Source of the DNA: Klebsormidium nitens
Taxonomy: Eukaryota; Plantae; Klebsormidiophyceae
DNA: 39,597 bases
Reading direction: 5' to 3'
NCBI GenBank assembly: GCA_000708835.1
Contig: DF237213.1
Span: 37,585-77,181, forward strand
The notes under the pieces are model-generated. The model was not told where the DNA came from, made no database searches, and saw nothing but the letters and a program-made list of their open reading frames with translations. Below, piece by piece: positions 11,301 through 21,800 of the stretch (its first letter is position 1; each line of letters begins with the position of its first letter). Position numbers and translations under genes: made by a program.

Positions 11301-11687
11301 TGGCCTCCCCCTGCTCTCGTTCCTGCCTGGACTCCGCAGGTGGGACTCATCTTGCACCAGCACATGTTCCCAAGCTGCTGTGTCTGAATCTCCAGCGACA
11401 GCAGTAGCTGAACACGTCCTTCTGCATTGTCCACTCACGCGCTGGCGTGACCAAGCTGGTCGGGGAACAAGATTGTCACTGCAGAGAGAGGTACGAGAAG
11501 GTCTGGTTGGCAGACTGGTGCTGCAAGCTGGAGGTTTTCTGCAACGAATTGGATAAGCTCGGGGGAAGTAACTGATTGGGCTCGAAGTGTTAAAACTGTC
11601 TGATAATGTGACTGCAGCCTGTTTGCCAATGCTGACTGACTGGAGCTTGGACGGGGGCAGAAAGAGCTCAGCCACGCCAGCCATCAT
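8335..11687 (-). CDS. lpxB: Lipid A disaccharide synthase (GT19) with ~130-aa N-terminal organelle-targeting-like extension, ~528 aa, 7 exons
   Basis: Exons 11687-11144, 10912-10623, 10443-10220, 9597-9489, 9204-9121, 8883-8770, 8556-8335; all GT-AG and in phase. LpxB motifs: VFISTGDVSGD, SIGLLEAL, LIDYPGVN, YYVPPNEWLW, VGHPLLD, LLPASRPQE, ADLALTKSGTVNLELAL, VPQVVVYR, ISLVNLI, LVPEFIQ. Confidence 0.95.
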
Positions 11688-12439
11688 AGGTGCGGTGCAT
11701 CCGTCGCTTTCATTTCTTGGGAACACTGTAACAACTACTTGCAAATCTGCCCGTCCCTCTTCTCAAGGACAGCTGCAATGCCATTTCTTTATGCACTGCC
11801 CACCTCAACTGAAGTCAACTGACGCCCCCATTGGCAGCTTGTAATGGGAATCAGAGCGCTTGCTACTGCAGCAGCCACAGATGGACCTGACGCCCATTCC
11901 GCAAGCTATTTTTAGACTAGCGCTCGAGCAATCTGCTTCAAAGGACTCGACTTGTTTGGCCTGTTTTGATCGTTAAAATTAAACCGCCCAAAAGGCCACA
12001 AATTTAATTGGACGGCAAAGGAACGGCCTCCGCACGGCAACTTATTTGATTACGATAAGAGGACTCCACAAACCACGAAACAGCCAGGCCAGAAACGGCG
12101 GTTTCGGTGACGGGAGACAAAACGGCAGGTATAAGCAGCAGGCCAGACTTGGGAAACTCCATTTCATAGGTCCAGGACCAGTGGCAGGACCAGCTGGAAG
12201 CAGTGCAGTTGCCAGGACGCGTACGCAAGGCAAAGGAAGGCAATTGAGGAGGATCTCGTTGGGCAATACTGGAGGAGGCTTGTAGGACCTTCGGCGACCA
12301 GGCTCTCTCGTCAAAGCAGCTTCTTGAGGACGATTCCGGACTTCTCATGGTTCCAATGATCTGCGCACATTGGCAAACCAATTCTGCATGATGAGTCTTT
12401 TGTGACCCTCTGCAGCAAAGCGTTTTTTCGAGCTCGAAC

Positions 12440-15400
12440 ATGGCTAGCTCGGGGCAAAAAATCCTGTCCCGATGCAGCCTAGCGTGCCTCCTTCTCTGCT
12501 TGTTTGGGCGCCCCGCTGCAGGTTTTGATATCTGGTCCGAAAAGCAGCCAGCGGTGGAATTGCCCAACATAACTGCACTCAATCAGACTGGGACTTTGAA
12601 TGCAACTATGGCAGGAAATAGAACCGCAAAGGCCAAGGTTGGAGTGCTGAGTTGGCTTGTAGCTGAAGGGGTGCTGGATCCAGCTTGGGTGAGTGAGCAG
12701 GACTCTGTGCACGACATGCCCGTAACGGAGCTGGACAAGACAACCAAGATGCGGATAGAGAAGTACATACGGGAGAGCAACAAGACCTTGGCCGATTTGG
12801 CAGATGTGGAGAAGCGGGAGAGCTACATTGAGGGCATTCTCAAGAAGATGAACATCGAGGAGGCAGAGAAAGGGTCGGGCCGCTTCAATCAGACCATGGA
12901 GAAGCAGGAAGGCAAGCTGGAGACAGTGGCCCGGGTTGGGAAGCAGCATAAGCAGGGAATAGCGAAGAACGAATCGGAAGCAGTCACCCTCGGCACAGTG
13001 AAAGATCAGGAAGCTGCAAATTCGGGATCCCATTTAGGGTTTTCTCGTGGAGAGGACAGCGGGAAAGCAGGCGTGCAAGAGTCAGCTCAAGAGATTGAGG
13101 AGCGTGCCGCAAAGGCAGAAGCAGACAAGAAGGCCGAATCGGAAAGTAGAGAGGAAGAGGGTGATGGCAAGGAGGACGTTCCGCGCCTTATCGACTCTCA
13201 GGACAACGAGTACGTCATCAGCAACCCAGGCAAAGGCTTGAATCAGATGCAGCTGCAGCAGGACCTGACTCTCATCTCTGACATTGTCAAGGTGAGCTAA
13301 TGTCAAGTCCTGAATTGCCTCTGAAGCAAGATGTTTTGATTCCATGCCTGGACTCTGTGCTGCGCCCCTGTGGTACCTCTGACTTTCTGCCCCCAAGTGC
13401 CAAAGCCGGCACTGACGGAGTTCTCCAGCTCTACCCTGCTGCCCCACCGCAAAGCCCGCAGTGTGGTCTCAGCCCTGGCTCTTGCTGCAGGTCATAGTGG
13501 CGGCGGCTCTGGGGGGCCTGCTGTGCGGTCTGCTGGGCCAGCCGGTGTTGCTGGGGTACATTGCTGCGGGCATGCTGGTGGGGCCAGGCGGCCTGGGCCT
13601 GGTGCACGAGCTGGTGCAAGTAGAGACGCTCGCGCAGTTTGGCGTGGTGTTCCTGCTGTTTGCGCTGGGGGTGGAGTTCAGCATCGTGAAGATGCAGGGG
13701 GTCCAGGCGGTGGCCATCGGGGGGGGCACGCTGCAGATCGTGGTGGCCATGGTGCTGGGGGGCATGCTGGGGTCTACCGTCACTCAGGGGGTATTCGTAG
13801 GTGAGCAACGGGCGGCACTGCTTGAACATCCGTTCATTAGGACGAGGTCGCTTGTATTGGCGTCTTTACTTGGCTGTCAAAGTTGGAAAGTTTCTTCGCC
13901 TTGGGCCTGAAATCGCTTGGCAGCTCACTGCGTCTTGTGTCTTGTGCCGCGCAGGGGCGTTTCTGTCCATGTCCTCCACCACTGTGGTCATCAAGTGCCT
14001 GATGGACACGAGTACGGTCAACACTGAACACGGCCAGGTGGGCAAAGAATCCTACTGTCTAAGGCTGGCAAGGCCTCAAGGTTTTAGATGGGACCAGCCT
14101 GCTTCTCTGTACCCCACAAAGAACCGGGTGTGTTGCAAGTGAAGTCCACCGACCTTCCAAGAAGTCATGGTGAAACCTTTCCACTTTCGTCGAAACCACA
14201 GATACTGCTAGGCACATTATTGCTCGTGTCGTTGCTCCCACCCTTCAGCTCGTTCTTCGCCTGTACTTCAACTCCCCCCCGGCGCGTGCGCTGCAGATCA
14301 TGCTCGGCACGCTCATCCTCCAAGATTGCGCCCTGGGCCTGCTCCTGGCCGTCCTGCCGGCGCTGGCCTCCAAGGACAACAACCCGCTGGCCATCGCGGC
14401 GTCCCTCACGCGCGAGGGCGTCCTGCTGCTGGGCTTTGTAGGGATGGCGTGGCTGGTAGCGCGCCTCTTTGTGCCGCGCTTCCTGCGCATGCTGTCCGCG
14501 CTCGCGCTGCACGACAACGAGCTGTACCAGCTGGGCGTGGTCGCCATTTGCCTCTGCGTCGCGCTCCTCTCCGAGTTCCTGGGGCTCAGCCTCGAGGTCG
14601 GCGCCTTTGTGGCGGGGCTCATGCTCTCAGGTGAGGCCGCAGGTTGGTCAATACGAGGAGAATCAGGTTGTTGATGTGCCCACCCCGATGAGCCTCTGGA
14701 GACGGGACAAACAAGCATCGGTTGTGCTAACGGGTGAGGACAGATGCAAGGACGCCGGAGATGCGAGCACTGCCTGTCTAACTTCAGGACCGAGTACAGT
14801 ACGCTTATGACATAGCTGTCGGGTCCAGCTTCTGATAAGCTCGACACGGAAAAGGCAGCTACTCGAACGGGTTACCTGTTGTCTCCTGATTGATGAACGG
14901 GACAGCCGATGACATTTTCAATGGACCACTTTGCAGTAATTTTGAAGCAAGTCGGACAGTGGCGAACATGCGGCAAAAGAGTAATCATGTTAAGGGGAAT
15001 TTTGCGTCGACCAGGCCGCAAGCCAGCGTTTATCAGCTCGTTGAAAGTTCTGTAGCAAGGCGGTTCGTTTCAACAGCTCGCATGCATTTCCGTGGATACT
15101 CGGGACGATGGCGACCGTCTCCGACCTGCTTCGACGTTCCATTGTGCGCCGTGCAGGGTCGTCGTTCAGCGAGCGCACGCTGCACCAGGTGGAGCCGGTG
15201 CGCAACATCTTTGCGGCGCTGTTTTTGGCGAGCGTGGGCATGGTGATGCACCCGCTGTTTTTGTGGGAGCACATCGACGTGCTGCTCACCGCCACCGCCG
15301 TCGTCTTCTTCGGCAAGACCATCCTGGCCACTGTCATCGTGCGCGCCTTCAGCTACGACTGGGGCACCGCGCTCAGCGTGGGCATCGCGCTCGCGCAGAT

Positions 15401-15773
15401 CGGCGAGTTTTCGTTCGTGCTGTTGAGCAGGGCGCAGGCGCTGGGGCTCGTGTCGAGGAGCCTGTACCTCCTGCTCATGGGGACCACGGCGCTGAGCCTC
15501 GTGCTCACGCCCTTCGCGTTCAAGATCGTACGGCACATAGTTCCACTAGAACAGCAGAATAGAGACAGACGGACGTCGAGAGGGGAAGCCTCCGACACGC
15601 GGGATTTGGTTCTCAGACGAAGTTTGGGGGAGGCGGGGTCAGGGCTGCCGCATGCGCTGCAGGTTGAGGTGGAGGAGGATGACGTGGGAAGAAGCCGAGA
15701 CGATCGAGCACATGGTGTCTCAAATCACTCGCCGGCAATGCAGTACAGAAAAACACATAAACAGCAGGTCTAA
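12440..15773 (+). CDS. KEA4/5/6: K+ efflux antiporter (CPA2), endomembrane KEA4/5/6 clade, ~731 aa, 5 exons
   Basis: Exons 12440-13291, 13491-13800, 13955-14037, 14297-14630, 15157-15773; in phase. Signal peptide, then LQQDLTLISD, VQVETLAQFGVVFLLFALGVEFS, GAFLSMSST, GTLILQDCALGLL, NELYQL, QVEPVRNIFAALFLAS, LAQIGEFSFVLLSRA, GTTALSL. Confidence 0.95.
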
Positions 15774-16409
15774 GGCCAATCACCGGTTTGCTTTGACCCA
15801 TTGACAGCATGGCGCGCAACATTGACCTTTTGATGAAGAATTCTTGGTAGTAACAGGTGTAAGATAGGTACTGTTCGTCAAAGTGTCTCGTGAACGAGGA
15901 CGGTCATAAGGTGCGTGCAGACCGGCGGGGCGCTGATGGACTTGTGATGGAGGAGTCCTTGAGCAACTCTAACTGCCAAACCACTGATTGCCAGTGTACA
16001 CTCCAAAATTTGCAGACGTTGGCAGGTTATATCAGCTTGACGAGCTTCACATATTTGAAGAGATCAATATGAGCATGGCGCTGCACCCGGCGGTACAGTA
16101 TACTATACAGGAATTGTCTCATGCAAGTGCGCGCATAGAGTGCCATGCCGGCGGGCCATGGTCCCTCAAGGGGCCCGATGTCACAAATCGGAGGGCTTCG
16201 AGAAATTCTATTGCAACCCCTCCATGTCCCCGAGGCCAGCTGTTTGACAGTTTATAAGAGCGCTAACTTCAAGCATGGTCACTGGCAGACATTCTATAAG
16301 ATAGAGGAGTAAGTGACGAAGGCTCCATTTCCATGTGTGATGCAGCATCGTTAGTCCGCCGCCAAGTCCGTGTGGCGAGCCTCATTGCAATGTTGAAGGA
16401 CAGGCTTGC

Positions 16410-16439
16410 TAGACATATACAAGGTAGACATATACAAGG
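16410..16439 (+). repeat. Perfect 15-bp tandem duplication
   Basis: TAGACATATACAAGG x2. Confidence 0.85.
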
Positions 16440-16662
16440 TCCCCAAGAAACGATATAACTTGCTCTCCAGCTGACACCGGTGGAGAGCGCTATCAGGACT
16501 ACTTTAACCCAATGCACACACAAGACGCTGGATTACTTGTCAGGCTGAAGAACCGAGTGGAAGCTAAGCTGCTTTCTATCCAGTGTGCTGAGTCCTAAGA
16601 ACTTCCACCACCAGCTAATGAATTCGTTTTCATTTCGCATGGGAAATTGACATTCAGTTGAG

Positions 16663-17316
16663 CTACTCTTTCTTTGCCTCTGAGAAATATGCATCTAGAT
16701 CACTGTTCAGCTGCTCGGCTGACGGCGCTGGCGCCCCTCTTCCCCGGCCCCTGCCCCTCCCGCGCACTGCGCCCCTGCCCCTGCCTCCACCCCCCCGGCC
16801 TACAGCCGCTGCTCCCCTGGCTGCCCGCCCTCCTCCCCTGCCCACCACTATGCCTGTCTTTCCCCCCCTCCTGGCTGCCAGGCCGGGCCGCTTGGGCAGT
16901 GCCAGCCCAAAGCCTGCAGCAACAGCAGCGGCGCCGTCCTTGCGACGCACCGGGATCACCTTCTGCCCCAGGCTGCCCCTTCCACGCCCCCGGCTGCCGC
17001 CCCCCCTGACCGCTCCACCATCAATCGGAGCAGGTGCGTGTCCTAGCTCTTCAGGCGCCCCTGCTGCCCCTTTCCGTTTTGCTGTCAGCTTGTCATACCG
17101 GCCCTGCGTGGCCCGGTCTGCTGCCTCCGCTCGCCGGATGGCGAGGCCCGCAGCTTTGGCCTTCTCCCGCTGCTGAGCCAGCTGCTTGAACCTTTCATCA
17201 AGCGTCGACGGCGCAGCAGCCTTTTCATTGCTGCCAAGGACAAACCGTGGGCCGTCATCTTCTGTAACTGAAGCCTGCCCACCACCCTGTCGTCCCTTTC
17301 CTTTTCGTCGAGCCAT
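16663..17316 (-). CDS. RGG-rich RNA-binding protein with C-terminal UAP56-binding/FoP-type motif (CHTOP/UIF/ALY-like), 217 aa, single exon
   Basis: ATG 17316 to stop 16663. It has an N-terminal STLDERF motif, many RGG/RGR repeats and a C-terminal SAEQLNSDLDAYF, typical of CHTOP/ALYREF C-terminal UBM motifs. Confidence 0.78.
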   Translation of the reverse strand: MARRKGKGRQGGGQASVTEDDGPRFVLGSNEKAAAPSTLDERFKQLAQQREKAKAAGLAIRRAEAADRATQGRYDKLTAKRKGAAGAPEELGHAPAPIDGGAVRGGGSRGRGRGSLGQKVIPVRRKDGAAAVAAGFGLALPKRPGLAARRGGKTGIVVGRGGGRAARGAAAVGRGGGGRGRGAVRGRGRGRGRGAPAPSAEQLNSDLDAYFSEAKKE

Positions 17317-17623
17317 TTTGTTTTGTTTGAGTTGGATTGACGATTCCAGCTAAGATTAATTTCGGATGCGTTCCTCCCTCGTTGTGACAATCCTGGAATC
17401 GTCACCGCGACACACTCTGCAAAAGAGGCACAATTCTCTTTGCCAGCTAGGACCGGACCCAATTCCAGAGCAGAAGAAGCTCAGCTACCTAGGTCCTCCT
17501 GCATTCACATGTTCATGAGTTCTGATCTATGCCACTATGATGGCCCTGGGAGATCGACAAGCTGTAGCCTCAGCAGCCTTGGCTTGAGCGGCAGTGTGTT
17601 CGTATCATAATAAGATGCCATGC

Positions 17624-18041
17624 TGACAGAGGGCGGACAAGGAGAATGGTTCTTTTCGGGACCCTGAGCCCGGGGGCTGTTGGAAGGTGCCTTTCCTGAC
17701 GTAAGAAGCTTGACCAGAGCTTCACGTGCAGATGGCAAGATTGTAACCATCAGATGCATAGGTGCCAAGCATCGAACGGTGTGTCTATCATCGTCGGCCC
17801 TCATGGTTCTGGGTCAGACTTCGGGTTTGGCTACTGCAACTTCATTCTGAACTCGGAGAGGATCTACTGGGGCTATGCATCTTGCAGTGTTACATAAACC
17901 AGGCATTTTGAAGTCGTACAGTTTGACACACAAGATCCAAAGATCCCGGTAAATGTGACCCCTAGTCACTAAAGGCACCTTCCAACAGCCCCCGGGCTCA
18001 GGGTCACCAAAAGAATCATTCTCCTTGTCCCCCCTCTGACA
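17624..18041. mobile_element. Foldback / MITE-like element A with ~70-bp imperfect inverted arms
   Basis: 17624-17694 is the reverse complement of 17971-18041, with a perfect 35-bp core (17660-17694 / 17971-18005) and about 5 mismatches in the outer part. The spacer is ~276 bp and the ends are TG...CA. No target-site duplication was seen, so the mobile-element status is inferred. Confidence 0.6.
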
Positions 18042-18061
18042 TATAACCAGGAAGTTTATCT

Positions 18062-18397
18062 GTGCTTCAACTTTTAAAACTCTCATTGACCGTAGAGGAC
18101 GATATATCGGCGATCGATATCGGGTGGTCGGACGAAATTGGTAGTCCCCGGGCGGCTGTCAAAGGGAAGCCCCGGGCAACACTAAAAACCTAGGGTAACT
18201 GGCCGCATACACCCTAATGTCACAGGGAAGTGCCCGGTTGTCACCAGGTTGCCCACGAGACCCTAATGTTACAGGGGAAGGCCCGGTTGCTTACCGGGCG
18301 GTGCGAGACCCTAATGCTAGTGGGACTTGCAGTGCTGGAAGATTTCCACCGGCTTCTCGTCCTCTACGGTCAATGAGAGTTTTAAAAGTTGAAGCAC
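18062..18397. mobile_element. Foldback / MITE-like element B with 41-bp perfect inverted arms
   Basis: GTGCTTCAACTTTTAAAACTCTCATTGACCGTAGAGGACGA (18062-18102) is the exact reverse complement of 18357-18397. The spacer is 254 bp and non-coding. No clear target-site duplication. Confidence 0.62.
18211..18316 (+). repeat. Imperfect tandem repeat, period 48-49 bp, ~2.2 copies
   Basis: ACCCTAATG recurs at 18211, 18260 and 18308; the first two are followed by similar ...ACAGGG.AAG.GCCCGGTTG... sequence. Confidence 0.75.
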
Positions 18398-18875
18398 CGA
18401 AAGTTGAAGCAAACTTCCTGCGCATGAGCTGACCGGCGCAGGCATTCTCGTCAGAGGTTACTTGCAAACCTTCAAACTTACGTTCCATTACTGGTGCAGC
18501 AGTGGTCGGGGGAGAGGGGCGGGAAGCGAGGCGCCGTATTTGATGTGGACAGATTTCAGGGTGTTCTAGGGGAGCCGCTCTGCTTGACAAGGCCTTCGAA
18601 AACTGTTCAACCGTCGCTCTCCCGGGCACTTACGTCAAGAAGCGTGATGCAAACCTCAGCAAAACCGTCGTGAGTTAACCTTGCCTTTGCAAATGAAGTC
18701 GATCATGTTGCTGCTGGCTGTGCGTGCATTTCTTGGCAAAATGGCGCCAGCACCTGCTGGGCTCTTACTAGATGCTAGCTAGTGGTAAGCTCTCCAAGCT
18801 GGCATACAAAGCTGGCGTACAAACATCAAAGTAAGTGATATGATTTTCCCTACTGGGATCTGATGTGACTCCACA

Positions 18876-21800
18876 ATGATGGAGCACGGCGGCAGTTCTT
18901 CGAGGTTGCGCTCTTCCCAGAGTGGTGGCTTTCGCGCTGGTTCCAAGGCCACCCATTATGGACATGCTCCTGGTGTCAGCTCGCTGTCAGCCACCTCGGG
19001 GCGGCCCAGTCAGATAGGCGATAGGGAATTGAGCAAGCATGCTCCAATGTCTGCAGCCAGCTCGGCAAAGGCTTCACAACCTGCTGCTTCCAGCTCTGGC
19101 AGTCTTTCTTTCGAGCAAACAGCGGTGGCGTGGACGGATATCGAAGCTGGGGAGGCTGTCGGCTCAGAGGGGCCTGCGCAGAGCATCGCACAGAGTATGA
19201 GGAGAATGTTTCCCCCTGCACAACCACCCGCTCCGGACAACCAACCTGAACTGTTACAGTCAGCTGTGAGTCGGAGGCCAGCCGGGAATGGGGAGGAGTT
19301 TATCATGAGTCCATCGCCACTAGCCATCGCACTAGCCAAAAAAGGCTCCTACTCAAGCCCAGCCGACACACAACCAACAGAGGTAGCAAGCTCTAAGAAA
19401 GGCTCAGGAGCTGAGCAGAGGTCGCTGGCGCCTGCTGGTAGCAGCAGGAGGGCACGCTCAATGCGTGAGGCCAGCAACTTGAAGTTGTCTATTGGGGCTG
19501 ACCATCAAAGCATGACTACTCAGAATGACCGACAAGAACCTTCAAAGGCGTTCAGTCAGAAGAGATCGCTGCTAGATGCACCACTCGCTCCCACTATTCC
19601 TGCCCCCACACATTCGTCGGAGTGGCCCTCGTTGCATTCTGGTGCCAGGCCAAGATCGAACAGTGGTCTTTCAGAGCGCCATGTTGCACCACCAAGTGCG
19701 AGTCGGCATGGTACAGCAGCGTCGTCTTCAGCAGAGCACCCCACGTTGCAGCAGGGTCCCCCTCAGCTGCCATCTGCAGCCCGCGGCTTTGCTCCTGGAG
19801 AGCAAGGAAGACCAGGCCCCATGCACGGGATGGTTGCGGTGCCCCCCATCTTGGCGGAGTGGGTGACCTCCCCCGATGCTGCGGATGTGCTGGCCAAGAT
19901 CCTGGGAGTGGCACGCGCACGCCTGCGGGGCGTGGAGCAGAACGCTGTGCGGTTTGAAGCAGAGGAGGAAGAGGCGGTGCAAGAAGCGCAGGGGCTGCTG
20001 CAGGTGAGACCAAGCTCAAGTAGATAGAGTCAGAGAAGTTACGCAATCTTTCCAAGAGCAGCTTTCTCCTCAAAGTCGGAGCGTCTCAATCAAGTTTGGC
20101 AAACCGCTTGCACTGCTCTTTACTGCATTATGCTTGCTCCTAGTAATGGTCGCATTTGGATGTGGAGCACGCCATTTTTAATATGTGGGGGGTTAGCCCT
20201 TCGCCCGCAGGCTAGATGTGGAGCATGCCAATAAGAACTGTACAGACACCGGTGGTGAAGGTGGTCGGATGAAAGGCTCAGTTCCGGTCGTTTCCTGTCT
20301 GCTGTGTAGAGCCATTTGGATCACAAGGCGGGCGTGGAGGAGAAGCGGCGTGTAAAGCGCGAGCTGGAGCTGATTGAGCAGGAGTTCAGGGACGGGCTGC
20401 GCTGTGAATTCCAGGTCCCCCTGCAAGCGCTGCCCCATGTGTTTGGCGTAAATGGCAGCAACCTGGCGCAGGTGAGATGTTGTTGGGGGGTGGTTGCATT
20501 TGAACCTGGAGGATGGGTACTGAGGTTCTCTGCTTGCATACTCCAAACGATTGAGTGTAATCACAGTTTGACATAGGTTCATTCTTTCCAAACAAGTGGC
20601 ATTGTTTGCACGCTCCAAACTTTCACAATGCTAAGTGAAGTGCCTATCATCAGTCTCCTGCCTTGGGGCAATATTGTTGGGGAGCTGATTCTGAGGCCCC
20701 TGTTGTTGTCTGGCCCCCCCAGGTGCAGGCGGAGTGCGGGGTGGAGCGCGTGCTGGTGGACTCTGACGAGAGCATGGTGCGCATCGTGGGGCGCTCCAGG
20801 GAGGCGGTGGCCGCGGCGCGCTCCCGCCTGGAGTACGACGTGTGGTGCCTGCCAACGGCGCGCGACCTCTTGCAGAGCAGTGGCAACAAGATCGAGGCCC
20901 TGCTGGAGCGCGTGCGCACCAAGAACAAGCTGGCGGAGGCAGAGGTGCAGGAGGACGAACAAGGCCCCTGGGTAAGAGGCGACCTGGCACCGTCATATAT
21001 GCAATCAATTCAGCTACGCTTGGGGCTGAGCCCTCTGCAGTGAAGCTTCGGATTCCCAGTGTCTCTGGCCTCGCTGATGGCCTTCGTTTTGCTGGTGCAA
21101 CTCCTGTCCCCCTTGACGGCGGGAACAGAAAATCTGCTGAGTTTGCCGAATTTTACAATCCCTGCTGGCTAGAAGATGACCTGAGCGGGGTGGTGGCCTG
21201 CAGGTGAGCCTGGTGGGCTGCAAGGCGGTGTTGGCGGAGGCAGCCCGTGTGGTCGAGGGCCAGCTGCAGCTATTCGAGATGATGCAAGCAGAGGTATGGT
21301 GTCCTTGTTCCACCATTGACGGACTCTCGCCTTCCCCATCTCAAATGACAGTTGGCGGTCATGCAAGCACTTTCTGGAATGGGCGACTTTCTTTGACAAC
21401 ATGTTAGAAGCCTGTGATACTTCCAGTTATTGCCGGGCAGCTGTTTTCGACCTTTTTTGGGCCAATTCGTGCTTCTGTTCTTGTGGTTTTAGGCAACTTC
21501 TCACATTTGGTGTTTCTTGTGCAGGCCGCTGAAGTTGCTGACGTCAGCGAGGAGCAGGTACAGCGGGTCAGCCGCACCTGGGGAGTGCAGCCCCGCTCAG
21601 GACCCCCTGCAGGCGGGCCGCCCTTCTTTGCGGCCCCTGCCCGCTTGCCGGCCAACACAGCAAGAGCCCCATCAACCGCGCAGTCCCGGGAGCCAAGGGC
21701 GGCAGCACAGGCAACGACTGGCGAGTGGGAGGACATTGAACCCCCATTGATGGGTCCAGATCAGAAGCATGCATCGGGATGGGGGTCGCAGACTGGGAGC

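Noticed and set aside
8335-11687. lpxB as bacterial contamination or a recent unspliced horizontal transfer
   Set aside because: It has six phase-consistent GT-AG introns and a targeting-like extension, and is flanked by ordinary plant genes.
17624-18397. CRISPR array or tRNA-like structure in the inverted/tandem repeat region
   Set aside because: Eukaryotic context; no regularly spaced identical repeats with unique spacers, and no cloverleaf or A/B-box pattern.
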